64,000 nt of DNA from IMG/VR virus record IMGVR_UViG_2923088545_000001, positions 40 to 64,039 of that record, one strand, 5' to 3'. Positions 1 to 9,518 of the stretch are shown here, in pieces. The notes under the pieces were generated by a model, which saw nothing but the letters and a program-made list of their open reading frames with translations, was not told the DNA's origin and searched no databases. The stretch is from a virus. Taxonomy: Duplodnaviria > Caudoviricetes. A program made the translations under genes and the position numbers. How positions within the stretch are numbered: position 1 is the first letter of the stretch; every line of letters begins with the position of its first letter.

Positions 1-1008
1 CGGACGTTACGTAAAACGTCGAGCAATCTCGATGTATTATTTATTCAATTTCGCGCGATAAAGAAATCGGAGGGGCGGGCTGAGGGTACGATAGAGCAAT
101 ACGAAAATAACTACGGATTCTTCATCGAATACCTCGATCGTCACAAAATAGCGCGGTCAATCAATGAAATAAACAGGGATGTAATTCGTAGATATATCGT
201 TTACATGAAGGATGAATGGGTGAAATTCGAGGACCACGCATTTAAGAAAGAGCGACATATGACAAAAGGGTTGGCGCCGTCTACTATTAATACCCGACTT
301 AAAACCTTGCGAGTGTTCTTTAAAACGCTCCACGACGAAGGGTTAATTGAGGCGAATCCTATGTACGGTATAAAGAACGTTAATGAGCCGGAAGAAGAGA
401 TCATTATATTAGATGAGGAAGAACTCCGGATATTATTTGCGGCTCCAAACCAACGTGATTACGCTGATTTTAGGGACTACGTGCTGATGAACGTATTATT
501 GGACGGAATGATGCGTATTTCTGAAGCGTTAGGTTTGCGTACAGAAAACTTCGATTTTAAAGGGTGTTCGTTGTATATACCGGCTCCTATCGCTAAAAAT
601 AGGAAAGCGCGCACAGTTCCCATCGAGTTTGGTACAGCGAAACTTTTAAACGAGTTAATTACCGAGAATAAAGCAGATTTTGATTCTGACTATTTATTTC
701 TCGCAAACTACGGAGAACCATTAACGCGTGATCATTTTAGAAAAAGGTTAGTAGAATACGCAAAGGAAGTCGGTATAAAGAAACGTGTACATCCGCACCT
801 TTTCCGTCACACAGCCGCAACAATGTACTTAGAGGCCGGAGGAGATATAAGACACCTTCAGATGTTACTAGGACATAGCGATTTGCGTATGGTTATGAGA
901 TATACACATCTATCGGGGAGATCATTAACGGAACAGCACGATAAATATTCCGCAATCAATGCCGTAAGAAAAAAACTGAATAAACAACGAAAACTTAAAA
1001 GAAGATGA
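1..1008 (+). CDS. int: Tyrosine integrase, 5' end outside window
   Basis: Frame 1 is open from base 1 (RTLRKTSSNLDVLF...) into the 205-1008 ORF; catalytic motifs MRISE, K(NRK), HLFRH, LGH, RY. Confidence 0.93.
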   Translation, partial: RTLRKTSSNLDVLFIQFRAIKKSEGRAEGTIEQYENNYGFFIEYLDRHKIARSINEINRDVIRRYIVYMKDEWVKFEDHAFKKERHMTKGLAPSTINTRLKTLRVFFKTLHDEGLIEANPMYGIKNVNEPEEEIIILDEEELRILFAAPNQRDYADFRDYVLMNVLLDGMMRISEALGLRTENFDFKGCSLYIPAPIAKNRKARTVPIEFGTAKLLNELITENKADFDSDYLFLANYGEPLTRDHFRKRLVEYAKEVGIKKRVHPHLFRHTAATMYLEAGGDIRHLQMLLGHSDLRMVMRYTHLSGRSLTEQHDKYSAINAVRKKLNKQRKLKRR

Positions 1009-1037
1009 CTCGGCCATTAGGTCGGGTTATTTTTTTT
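1008..1037 (+). terminator. Rho-independent terminator after integrase
   Basis: ACTCGGCC-ATTA-GGTCGGGT hairpin followed by a T tract. Confidence 0.85.
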
Positions 1038-1043
1038 GTTTCA

Positions 1044-1078
1044 AATGTCCCGATTTTGATCGATCACATGCGACTGTA
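1044..1078 (+). promoter_or_regulatory. Conserved bipartite motif, copy 1 (candidate phage sigma/activator promoter)
   Basis: AATGTCCCGATT-N9-CACATGCGACTGTA, identical arms at 12579 and 27181. Confidence 0.75.
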
Positions 1079-1153
1079 CTTATGAAAGCGAAAATGATTC
1101 GTAAATTAGACGCAACATTATCCAATAACAACGTAAAAATCGGAGGTGATCGA

Positions 1154-1597
1154 ATGTTACCTAAAATGAGAATAACCGGTGCGGCAGCGGAAATGTTTGT
1201 GGCTGGCGACCTAATAACGCAAGGGATGATTCCGGCGTTCCCGTCGATTGAAAATACAGCTTACGACCTTCTCGCAGAAAAAGACGGAGTAGCCTATCGC
1301 GTTCAGATTAAAAGTTCTTCGGGCGACGGCGAGAAGGTAAAGTTCGAGCTAACTAGACCGAGCGCTTCAAATCGATATTATGATAAGTCCGACTTCGACA
1401 TACTCGCACTTTACGACTTTAATAGTAAGCAGATCGCATATCTATCGTGGGTTACGTTGCCTCATAAAAGGAGCATTACGCTTAGATACGTAGATACGGT
1501 CACGAAGAATGCTTTCGTTGCGGGAAACGGTCGGCTGTTCTTTAACGACTTCCCAACGTTTCCTAACGAAGTAAAGACGGGCGAGGTGGTAGCGTGA
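1154..1597 (+). CDS. Free-standing PD-(D/E)XK endonuclease (group I intron-associated type)
   Basis: GAAAE helix, YDLLAE...RVQIKSS motif; GGAGGTG RBS favours ATG 1154. Confidence 0.7.
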   Translation: MLPKMRITGAAAEMFVAGDLITQGMIPAFPSIENTAYDLLAEKDGVAYRVQIKSSSGDGEKVKFELTRPSASNRYYDKSDFDILALYDFNSKQIAYLSWVTLPHKRSITLRYVDTVTKNAFVAGNGRLFFNDFPTFPNEVKTGEVVA

Positions 1598-2010
1598 CAA
1601 ACGAACACCAACGGCTCGTCTCCGTAGAAACTCAGTCGGAATATAACTTAACGTCCGGAAAGTCTGAAACGCGTATCTTCGTTAAGATGTACGTCGATGC
1701 CGTCAAGAAAGGCTTGATCGCGGATATCGGACCGGAACGTTGGCAGACGCTTTGCGTACTATCATCGTTTATGAACGCAAACGGCGAATGCTACCCGACG
1801 CAGGATCAAATCGGGGAAGCGCTAAATTTAAGCCGAGTTGCGGCAAATAAGCGGATACAATCGCTATGTGAATACCGATGGCAGGGGCGCCCTCTTGTCG
1901 TTAAGAAACAAGGTCGCGAAGGAAAGACTCAGCGGTGGGAGAACGCTCGCTATACGATACTTCCGATTAGTCAGCTCGCAATATTTGACGGAGATACGGA
2001 AGAGTTATAA
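1594..2010 (+). CDS. Winged-HTH replication initiator-like protein
   Basis: GECYPTQDQIGEALNLSR...ANKRIQSL HTH_36-like signature; followed by iteron-like repeats. Confidence 0.7.
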   Translation: MTNEHQRLVSVETQSEYNLTSGKSETRIFVKMYVDAVKKGLIADIGPERWQTLCVLSSFMNANGECYPTQDQIGEALNLSRVAANKRIQSLCEYRWQGRPLVVKKQGREGKTQRWENARYTILPISQLAIFDGDTEEL

Positions 2011-2066
2011 ACGCCGTGTATCGTCTACCCATATACGGCTGACCCGTACACGGCTCGGCTTTACAC

Positions 2067-2107
2067 TAACTAGAACCATCTTTTAACTAGAGCCATTAAT
2101 AACTAGA
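2067..2107 (+). repeat. Three TAACTAGA direct repeats (candidate origin iterons)
   Basis: Copies at 2067, 2084 and 2100, then AT-rich DNA, directly after the initiator gene. Confidence 0.55.
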
Positions 2108-2374
2108 TAAATAATAGCGCTCAATTAAAATCTTTCGCGCAAATAATTACTTTAAAAGATATATCTATCGCGATAAAAGGATATTTGCAAAGAGTGAGCG
2201 TAAGCGAACGAATTGCTACGTTTTTAAATAAAACGAAAGTAGGTGCGTTATGTTTACGAAATATGAACTCGCTATGATCTACGAAGCTTTGCTCGAATTA
2301 AAACCCGACGCACAGGATCTTATCGGTAAGATATGCCGACTTATACTGATTAACTAACGAAAAGGAGTGATCGT

Positions 2375-2599
2375 ATGAAATACGTAGTATTAAAGCAATC
2401 CGAAATAGACCTATACGCAACAGACGAACAAAAGCGTCATTTATACGACCTACAAGTCGAGATTATGCTTAACAGGACGATTCAAGGGAAACGGCCGGTA
2501 AATGATTACGTAGTTATTAATCGCGATGAGCCATATTTTCCGGACGTAATGCAAATAGTCGAAGCTAACGAAAAGGAGTCCGATAATCATGTCGATTAA
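2375..2599 (+). CDS. Phage hypothetical protein
   Basis: AAGGAG RBS; overlaps next gene. Confidence 0.7.
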   Translation: MKYVVLKQSEIDLYATDEQKRHLYDLQVEIMLNRTIQGKRPVNDYVVINRDEPYFPDVMQIVEANEKESDNHVD

Positions 2600-2924
2600 T
2601 ATTCCGATCTCACCCGACTACCTACTTACATCCGACGCCCACAACATCATCGTAAATGAACGCTATTTCACCGATCCGACTAAAGCGCCAGGCTGGGCGA
2701 AGAAATTGGCGGAGAACCCTGACGCCGACCCGACACCTGTCGAGCGCTGGCGAGAAGTTTCGTATCACCCTACGATTGATCGCGCCATCTGGGACGTCAT
2801 GAACCGGCAGATCAAAACATCGGATGCGACGTCTTTGGCGGAGATTGCGCAAATGGTACAGGAATTTCGCACGGAATTAGCGGCGGCACTGACGATCGAG
2901 GGCGCTAATACTGCCGACAAATAA
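2589..2924 (+). CDS. Phage hypothetical protein
   Basis: AAGGAG RBS; operon packing. Confidence 0.75.
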   Translation: MSINIPISPDYLLTSDAHNIIVNERYFTDPTKAPGWAKKLAENPDADPTPVERWREVSYHPTIDRAIWDVMNRQIKTSDATSLAEIAQMVQEFRTELAAALTIEGANTADK

Positions 2925-2947
2925 AACGGCTGGGAGGCGGTTAAATC

Positions 2948-3154
2948 GTGACTAAAACGAAGGATCACGAAATCGCAGAATTACGTCAGGCAATGGCGGC
3001 ACTTATTGCGGAGAATGAACGGATGGTGCGCGCCTTAAGAGTAATCGAAGAAAAGTCGGATTCACCCGTACGAAAAAACGTTGATGACGTTCCGATAACG
3101 GTTCTATACGAAATTAAGGGTATCCAAACTTCTCAGGGAAAACGCTGTAAATAA
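2948..3154 (+). CDS. Phage hypothetical protein (coiled coil)
   Basis: GGAGG RBS, GTG start. Confidence 0.65.
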   Translation: MTKTKDHEIAELRQAMAALIAENERMVRALRVIEEKSDSPVRKNVDDVPITVLYEIKGIQTSQGKRCK

Positions 3155-3292
3155 TTAACAAGTGAGATTAGTAGTTTCGTCAACTTTCATAGGGAATCTT
3201 CGGCAAGAGATTCTGTATGACACTGTATGAATATTCATGGTAGGCAGATGAATGTTTATACGAAAAATAATGTAAATATTCGGAGGTATTAG

Positions 3293-4132
3293 ATGGGAAA
3301 GGATTTATTAGGGAGTCTGGAGTTAGGCCGCATTTACCAAATGGACTGTTTAGATGGTATGAAGTTGCTACCTGACAACAGTGTAAATATGATTCTATGT
3401 GACTTACCATATGGAACAACTAAAAATGAATGGGACTCTATTATTCCTTTAGACCTACTATGGGAGCAGTACAAAAGGATTATAAAAGGGAATGGAGCTA
3501 TCATTCTTTTTGGAAGCCAACCTTTCACTACAGATTTAATAAATAGTAATCGAAATAATTTTAGGTATGAAATTGTGTGGGAGAAATCAATCGGATATAA
3601 TCCTTTACTCTGTAAGAAACAACCTCTTAAAACGCACGAAAACATTCTTGTATTTTATAAAGATTTAAGTGAAGTGAAACATTCCGTTATTAATTATAAA
3701 GAATTAAGGGATTATTTCAAAGAACTCCACAACCAAATAGGGCACACCAAGAAGACTATTATTGAGCGAGTAGGACAGTCCGCAGACCACTGTTTTAGAT
3801 ATAACAGCTCTCAATGGAGTTTACCGACCAAAGAAACTTATGAAAAGATACAGTCTGAATTTGGTCTTGCAATGATTTCATACGAAGAATTAAAACGCCA
3901 GTACGATTATGAAACAGAAGAATTAAATAAGTTCACATATAATCCTCAAATGTCAAAAGGAAAATTACGAGACAAGAAACCTGGTATGCGTGGTAATAAA
4001 GAAGATGATAACTGGGGCGGTGCTTTAAAAGAAATTAATGGCATAGAAAATATTAACGATGAGTATTACCCAAGAAGCGTAGTGTATTTTTCTAACGCTA
4101 ATCAGCGTGGCAGAGCAATATGGGGTGACTGA
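3293..4132 (+). pseudogene. C-terminally truncated beta-class N4/N6 DNA methyltransferase
   Basis: DCLDGM and ILCDLPYG (motif IV) present; HPTQKP and SAM-binding FxGxG half missing; ends RAIWGD*. Confidence 0.8.
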
Positions 4133-4232
4133 TACAACGGTTAAGAAAGCATTCTGGCAACATGTAGAAGGGCTTTATAGTGACAGAGTGTTAATCGCAC
4201 CGAGGGTTTTAGGAATAGACGAGGTTTACTTG
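4104..4232 (+). mobile_element. ISL3-family transposase fragment
   Basis: Alternate frame reads SVAEQYGVTDTTVKKAFWQHVEGLYSDRVLIAPRVLGIDEVYL (HTH plus PxVLGIDE motif). Confidence 0.7.
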
Positions 4233-4252
4233 CATGCAAAGGAGGCGCTAAA

Positions 4253-4435
4253 ATGAAGCCGGAAATCACGAAAGAGCAGGCGGAAATTTTGCGGGATTAT
4301 TACGAGCTTATTTGGGAGTCCATAGAAAGATCGGAGACGGATAGTCTAGGGAGAAGTTCTCTTGAGGGAGTCGTTTGGGGAATTCATTCGACCCTTAACC
4401 ATCTCGGCGTCAAAATCGAAGGGGTGAATGCGTAA
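4253..4435 (+). CDS. Phage hypothetical protein
   Basis: AAGGAGG RBS. Confidence 0.7.
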   Translation: MKPEITKEQAEILRDYYELIWESIERSETDSLGRSSLEGVVWGIHSTLNHLGVKIEGVNA

Positions 4436-4746
4436 TGACTAAAGACGAACTTGAAGCGATCCGTCAGCGTGCCGAAGCGGCTACGGAAGGAGAATGGTGC
4501 GAGGGGTATAATCACTACGTTCTAGTCGACAATTTCAAGGGGAGTTATCAAACATTCGGCGTTGCAAGATGCGCGCGAAAAGAAGATACGGAGTTCATCG
4601 CGCACGCTCGTCAAGATATCCCGGCTTTGCTCGGTCGCATTGCGGCGTTGCTAGAAAAAATTTCCCTCTACGAAGCCTATGCACAAGATTACGATTATTA
4701 CGCAATTCTTAACGAGATGGAGGGCGAAAATGTCGACGACAAATAA
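4435..4746 (+). CDS. Phage protein, Ead/Ea22-like (ELEAIRQRAEAATEGEW...EFIAHARQDIPALL)
   Basis: Recognisable motif; stop/start coupling. Confidence 0.65.
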   Translation: MTKDELEAIRQRAEAATEGEWCEGYNHYVLVDNFKGSYQTFGVARCARKEDTEFIAHARQDIPALLGRIAALLEKISLYEAYAQDYDYYAILNEMEGENVDDK

Positions 4747-5098
4747 ACCCATCGAAAAATGGACGGCACGCGACTTCATCGTCTATCTGCACGAACGCCA
4801 TCTCGAAGTCTACGGCATCAAATACGTCGCCAATAATCGCGGCATGGAAGCGCGGAACCTAAAGACGATGATCATTGAGCATGGGGCGGCTATCGTACGG
4901 AACTTTATCGACGCATGCTTTGCGGCTAAGAAGCCGACGGCTCAGTGGCCCGGCTGCAACTTCGGCTTTATGTTTTCGTATATGCGAGACCGACACCTGC
5001 CGCCGTTACTCGTAAAGCAAAAGACGGCTAAGCAGTCGGAAGAAGACGATAAAAGGGCGGCTGCACAGTCGCAAATAAACTACGGGGAGTTGTTTTAG
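4730..5098 (+). CDS. Phage hypothetical protein, possibly replication-associated
   Basis: GGAGGG RBS before ATG 4730. Confidence 0.65.
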   Translation: MSTTNKPIEKWTARDFIVYLHERHLEVYGIKYVANNRGMEARNLKTMIIEHGAAIVRNFIDACFAAKKPTAQWPGCNFGFMFSYMRDRHLPPLLVKQKTAKQSEEDDKRAAAQSQINYGELF

Positions 5099-5099
5099 T

Positions 5100-5486
5100 A
5101 TGACGTGCAGACTTTGCGAAGAACGCGGAAAGACGTGGATGGGCGATGATCCGGTATGTGCGTTTAAAAACGGGACTTTCTCGGAGGACAATTGGGCGTG
5201 CGCGACTATGAGTAAATTACGGGAGATAGCGCATGAGCATAGCGTCGTTACTCGTTGTGATATGTCGGCAGGAACATTCGGATATGTTCGAGTTGATAAC
5301 GATTATGCTCCGGAAACTTACGAAGGTACAGGCGGCTATATTGCGATGGCTTGGTATAAGCACCGTGGACGCGTCGGAAATGCCGTTTTCATGACCGACG
5401 AAGCAACGATGCCCCTTACGATTGAACACGCAGAAATCGCGATTAAAACATACGAAAAGGAGCTGGAACATTATGACGAAATATAA
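5100..5486 (+). CDS. Phage hypothetical protein (Cys-containing)
   Basis: GGGGAG RBS; tight packing. Confidence 0.7.
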   Translation: MTCRLCEERGKTWMGDDPVCAFKNGTFSEDNWACATMSKLREIAHEHSVVTRCDMSAGTFGYVRVDNDYAPETYEGTGGYIAMAWYKHRGRVGNAVFMTDEATMPLTIEHAEIAIKTYEKELEHYDEI

Positions 5487-6270
5487 GACGGAGAAACGTA
5501 ATGCAGAAGTAGGCGAGCGTATTTTGATTACAGAAGACGGATTCTCATTGGGATACTATAAGAACGGCGATGTGTTTACCGTAAGTAGTACAGCTAATAA
5601 AGGCGTCACAGGCGAAGATGATTGTTTTATTTTGCATCGCGAATACGAAGTCATCGTCGGAGAACATACGCCAGCCCCGAACCTAGACGAAATGGACTAC
5701 GACGAATTAGTTGCGCTAGTCGAGGACGCAATGAAGGCGCTGAGAACACGTTCATATAAACTAGGCTACGATCAAGGACGTTTTGATGCGGAAATCGAGG
5801 CGCCGAAGTCCGATCAGCAGAAACGGGATGAGATCGTTGAGAAGGCGAGGGAAGACGTAGAACATTTGGTCAGACGATACTTCACAGCTAGAACCGAGTT
5901 TATCGTCAATACAGACAAAAGAACCGTTGTTGCTTTACGAAAGTCGTATGGATTCGATCGCGTCCTTTATAAAGGAATCGCCAAATGCGCCCCGAACGAC
6001 TGCTTCAACGCACACATTGGAAAGGCTATTGCGGTAAGACGTGCGTTAGGACTAGAAGTGCCTGCGGAGTACCTTAACGTGCCGCAGCCGACAGAAGTAC
6101 GTGCGGGTGACGTTGTAAGAGGGCGAACGGCATATAGTATGCAAACGTACGAAGATGCGGTTAGAAAAATTGCAGGCGGTAAATACGAGTACGCTTCGGG
6201 AGGTTACGATTACGTAGATAAAGTTAACCTTGTAGTTATCGACGATTCAAGGACGGAGGTAAACGGATGA
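5473..6270 (+). CDS. Phage protein with SH3/KOW-like AEVGE domain
   Basis: AAGGAG RBS before ATG 5473; RNAEVGERI motif shared with 30031. Confidence 0.7.
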   Translation: MTKYKTEKRNAEVGERILITEDGFSLGYYKNGDVFTVSSTANKGVTGEDDCFILHREYEVIVGEHTPAPNLDEMDYDELVALVEDAMKALRTRSYKLGYDQGRFDAEIEAPKSDQQKRDEIVEKAREDVEHLVRRYFTARTEFIVNTDKRTVVALRKSYGFDRVLYKGIAKCAPNDCFNAHIGKAIAVRRALGLEVPAEYLNVPQPTEVRAGDVVRGRTAYSMQTYEDAVRKIAGGKYEYASGGYDYVDKVNLVVIDDSRTEVNG

Positions 6271-6437
6271 TTGACGCGGATAAGTGGGCTAACTCTGGGA
6301 AGTATGTCCGCGAGACTGTAAAAGTGCGATGTCCTCATTGCGGATTTAGCGAAAGATTTCCGAAAGAGTCCGTACCAAAGCAGATTAATTGCGAAGGTTG
6401 TTATCGGGAATTTAACGCAAAGGAGGCGCTTAGTTGA
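6267..6437 (+). CDS. Small Zn-ribbon protein (56 aa)
   Basis: GGAGG RBS; CPHC...CEGC; not in ORF track. Confidence 0.6.
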   Translation: MIDADKWANSGKYVRETVKVRCPHCGFSERFPKESVPKQINCEGCYREFNAKEALS

Positions 6438-6616
6438 CGCTTCATCGATTGCTTAAAACGCATACTTTCAAGAACTATAGCGGATACGATTTCACTCGAG
6501 ACGGAATGTTCCCTAAGCCTCGCGTTAAAGGCGAAGATAAAAAGATGCGCTCAAAACACGAACGAACTTTACGTAAACGAATTGACCGAAAGGAGGCGGC
6601 TATGAATGACGAATGA
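6434..6616 (+). CDS. Small basic phage protein
   Basis: AAGGAGG RBS, TTG start. Confidence 0.6.
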   Translation: MTLHRLLKTHTFKNYSGYDFTRDGMFPKPRVKGEDKKMRSKHERTLRKRIDRKEAAMNDE

Positions 6617-7367
6617 ATCGCGATGCCTACTCGCAAGCAAATGCGCCCAGGCCGGCGGCGTTAATTGTACGAAGCACTGCGAACTATACCTCGGCTTGCA
6701 CGGCTTAGATGGCGGAGGCGGTCGGTCGGGGGCGGCTGGATTGGCGGAAGACTATCGCCTAGTGACGCTTAAGAACTCGCCGGCGCGCGCCGATCAACCC
6801 GGAGCTTATAAGGCGGTCGATGCATATGCGCAGACATTCGATCGGCAATTTGACGCTGAAGCTGAACGATTTAAATCGGTTTATCTCTATAGTATGTCGC
6901 CAGGTACCGGGAAAACTACGACGGCATCGGCTCTTCTAAACGAATATCTAACGGTTCATTACATCGGCGCCTTGAAGCGCGGCATACAACCCGACCAGCG
7001 TCCGGCTTATTTTCTCGATGTTAATGCGTGGCAAAACGAATACAACGAGTTTAATAGACCGCGAGTTCCGGACGCAATCGCAGAGCCGGCAGCCAAACGA
7101 TATTATGCCGCGCTAGAAGCAGCAAAACGGGCGCCATTCGCTGTCCTAGATGATATAGGCGTACGAGACGCAACGGACGGATTTCGCGGCGATTTACACA
7201 CGATAATTAACCACCGAGTGACGAACCGGATGCCGACCGTTTATACGTCGAATATAAAAATGGCAGATCTGCCGGAAGTATTCGGAGAAGGACGACTGGC
7301 GGACCGTATTGCCGACCAGTGCAGAGAAATCGTCTTCACAGGCGGATCAAAAAGGAGGCGGCTGTAA
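6606..7367 (+). CDS. DnaC/IstB-like helicase loader ATPase
   Basis: Walker A PGTGKTT, Walker B VLDDIG, YTSN motif. Confidence 0.88.
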   Translation: MTNESRCLLASKCAQAGGVNCTKHCELYLGLHGLDGGGGRSGAAGLAEDYRLVTLKNSPARADQPGAYKAVDAYAQTFDRQFDAEAERFKSVYLYSMSPGTGKTTTASALLNEYLTVHYIGALKRGIQPDQRPAYFLDVNAWQNEYNEFNRPRVPDAIAEPAAKRYYAALEAAKRAPFAVLDDIGVRDATDGFRGDLHTIINHRVTNRMPTVYTSNIKMADLPEVFGEGRLADRIADQCREIVFTGGSKRRRL

Positions 7368-8018
7368 ATGAGCGGACTATCATTGACGGAAATTCAGTAC
7401 TTACGGGACCTACTCGTTGCGGATTCGTTGGCTAACGGAGAGGGCGCAGCCAAACTTGCCATTTTCGATAAACTTGATGCGCTTGAATTTGCGGACCATA
7501 CGCCGGCCTATAAAACTGGCGACCTAGTTTCGGTCGAAGGCTATAAAGGACGCGTCTTCTACATTGATTGCGCCCGATACATCGAGGAAACGTCGAAAGA
7601 GGCCGTCTTTAACTTTATTGAATATGACTTATACGACGCGATCAACGGCGAATGGCTGGAGGCGTTCGAGGCGGACATGACGTTATTAGCTAACGCGCTT
7701 GTAGCGGAGGATTACTTGGCAGACTTCAACCTCGAAGACTATCCGCCGGCTAGAAGTACCGTTTATCTAATAAACTACGAAACGGAGGCGGATGATATGG
7801 CGGCAAAAGAACAGCCGAAAACACCGAGACAGCTCAGCGCGATTGAGGCGGAAAAGCGTAAGCAAGAGCGTAAGGATGCGGCGGCACAAACCGATAACTT
7901 GCTCGATATTTACAACTGGAACAAGGCGCAGTATGTCAAGACGGGTGACTTAGCGTTTAAGGCGAAGATGGACGAAGTAATGACGCAATTGGCTGTCGAG
8001 GGAGCTGATCGCCGATGA
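7368..8018 (+). CDS. Hypothetical protein, YodN-like (N-terminal SH3-like, C-terminal LLDIYN)
   Basis: KTGDLVSV...; DNLLDIYN...KMDEVM. Confidence 0.5.
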   Translation: MSGLSLTEIQYLRDLLVADSLANGEGAAKLAIFDKLDALEFADHTPAYKTGDLVSVEGYKGRVFYIDCARYIEETSKEAVFNFIEYDLYDAINGEWLEAFEADMTLLANALVAEDYLADFNLEDYPPARSTVYLINYETEADDMAAKEQPKTPRQLSAIEAEKRKQERKDAAAQTDNLLDIYNWNKAQYVKTGDLAFKAKMDEVMTQLAVEGADRR

Positions 8019-9406
8019 GCTTCGGAACCAGCCTTTTATCGAAAGTAATCGAAACGAACGACCCGTCGGCTTTATTGCGCTACGGCTTGACTCGCAAGGA
8101 TTTCCAAACGGATGGCGAACGGGCAGCCTTCGAATATATCAGCGCCTACGCGGAAAAGAATGGAAACCAAGCGCCGACAGCCGAGATGGTAGCGACTGAA
8201 GTGCCGACATTCCAGCCGGAATTCAGCATCGAGGCAACGTTCGAGTACCTGGCGCAGAAGGCGAAAGAAACGGCTGCGTTAAACGACTTTACCGAAATAT
8301 TCAACGATAAGTACGGCGCCAACGGAGTCAAAAAAGCCGATTCGGAATTTATTCAGCGATTCAACCGAGCACAGGACGGAGGTAATCCACAGGAATTTTT
8401 TGATTGGTTGACCGAAGTCGCGGAACGGAGTAAAATAAGAACAAGCGTTCGTAAATCGGTGGGAACAAACGTCGTGACAGACGTCGATAAGTTCCGAGCC
8501 GAATACGAAAAACGCAAGGCTGGCGAGTCTTTCCGCATATGGAATAGCAAGTTTCCGGCGCTTAACAAAGCGATCGGCGGATACGTCAGCTCGAACATGT
8601 ATGTCGTGTACGGAAAGTCAGGGCGCGGCAAGTCAGCGATCACACTCGAAGAAGTCATTAATTGCGCAATTCAAGGCGCTAACGTACTTATATGGTCGAT
8701 GGAGATGGGATGGTTTGAGGTCCTCGTGCGTATCTACGTATCACTTTCCGGAGATCAAGGCGTTGCTTTAACCGAAATCGATGGCCAGCAAATGGAAGCC
8801 GGCTTTGATTCGAGGGACGTCCGCCAAGGCAAGTTATCGGAAGAGTTCGAGGCTGGCTTTATGGAATTCATCGCGACGTTAAATACGATTATTGCCGGGT
8901 CCATTACGGTTCGTGCCGTAGACGACAAAGACTTCGATTCTCGTTCTCTGCGCGATCTCAAAGCGGATATTGAACAAACGAAGGCAGACGTTGTTATGAT
9001 CGATCCGTTCTATTACCTCGATTACGAATCGAACTCGAATAAAACGACAGGCGGTGCTGCAGCCGATACGTCCAAAAAGATGCGCCGTTTAGCCGGAACA
9101 ATGGACGTTGTCATTTTCGCCATTACACAAGCCGGAGAAGATGACACGACTGAGGACGACTTAGGCAATCGCGAGATCAAGTTGCCGAAGCGTAAAGACG
9201 TCAAGAAAACATCGTCCTTACTAGAAGATGCTGCGGTATTAATTCCGGTTGATACGAACGCAAGAGAAGGACGCGGGTTAATTGGCGTAAATAAGGGGCG
9301 CGATGGGGGCGAAGATGAAGTCGTAGAGATCGTTTATTTGCCACAAGTCGGCTTAATTAAACAAGTAGCGGCTGAGGAAACGGATTTAGCGGCTTTCGGG
9401 TTCTAA
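8015..9406 (+). CDS. DnaB-like replicative helicase
   Basis: YGKSGRGKS, WSMEM, IDPFYY, AITQA, KGRDG. Confidence 0.92.
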   Translation: MSFGTSLLSKVIETNDPSALLRYGLTRKDFQTDGERAAFEYISAYAEKNGNQAPTAEMVATEVPTFQPEFSIEATFEYLAQKAKETAALNDFTEIFNDKYGANGVKKADSEFIQRFNRAQDGGNPQEFFDWLTEVAERSKIRTSVRKSVGTNVVTDVDKFRAEYEKRKAGESFRIWNSKFPALNKAIGGYVSSNMYVVYGKSGRGKSAITLEEVINCAIQGANVLIWSMEMGWFEVLVRIYVSLSGDQGVALTEIDGQQMEAGFDSRDVRQGKLSEEFEAGFMEFIATLNTIIAGSITVRAVDDKDFDSRSLRDLKADIEQTKADVVMIDPFYYLDYESNSNKTTGGAAADTSKKMRRLAGTMDVVIFAITQAGEDDTTEDDLGNREIKLPKRKDVKKTSSLLEDAAVLIPVDTNAREGRGLIGVNKGRDGGEDEVVEIVYLPQVGLIKQVAAEETDLAAFGF

Positions 9407-9518
9407 AAACTGGAATCCTTACCATGAATTACACTGCAAAATTCTGAATATTTTCGACAAATTACGACTACAATGTCGATTGGTTTAGTGTAATATAACG
9501 AAAGGGGCTCGTATACAC

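Noticed and set aside
9429-9493. Inverted repeats upstream of primase as an AimR box
   Set aside because: The two repeat pairs (TTACACT/AGTGTAA, TCGACA/TGTCGA) are not concentric, do not show the 6-25-6 spacing known for SPbeta AimR, and do not recur near aimP
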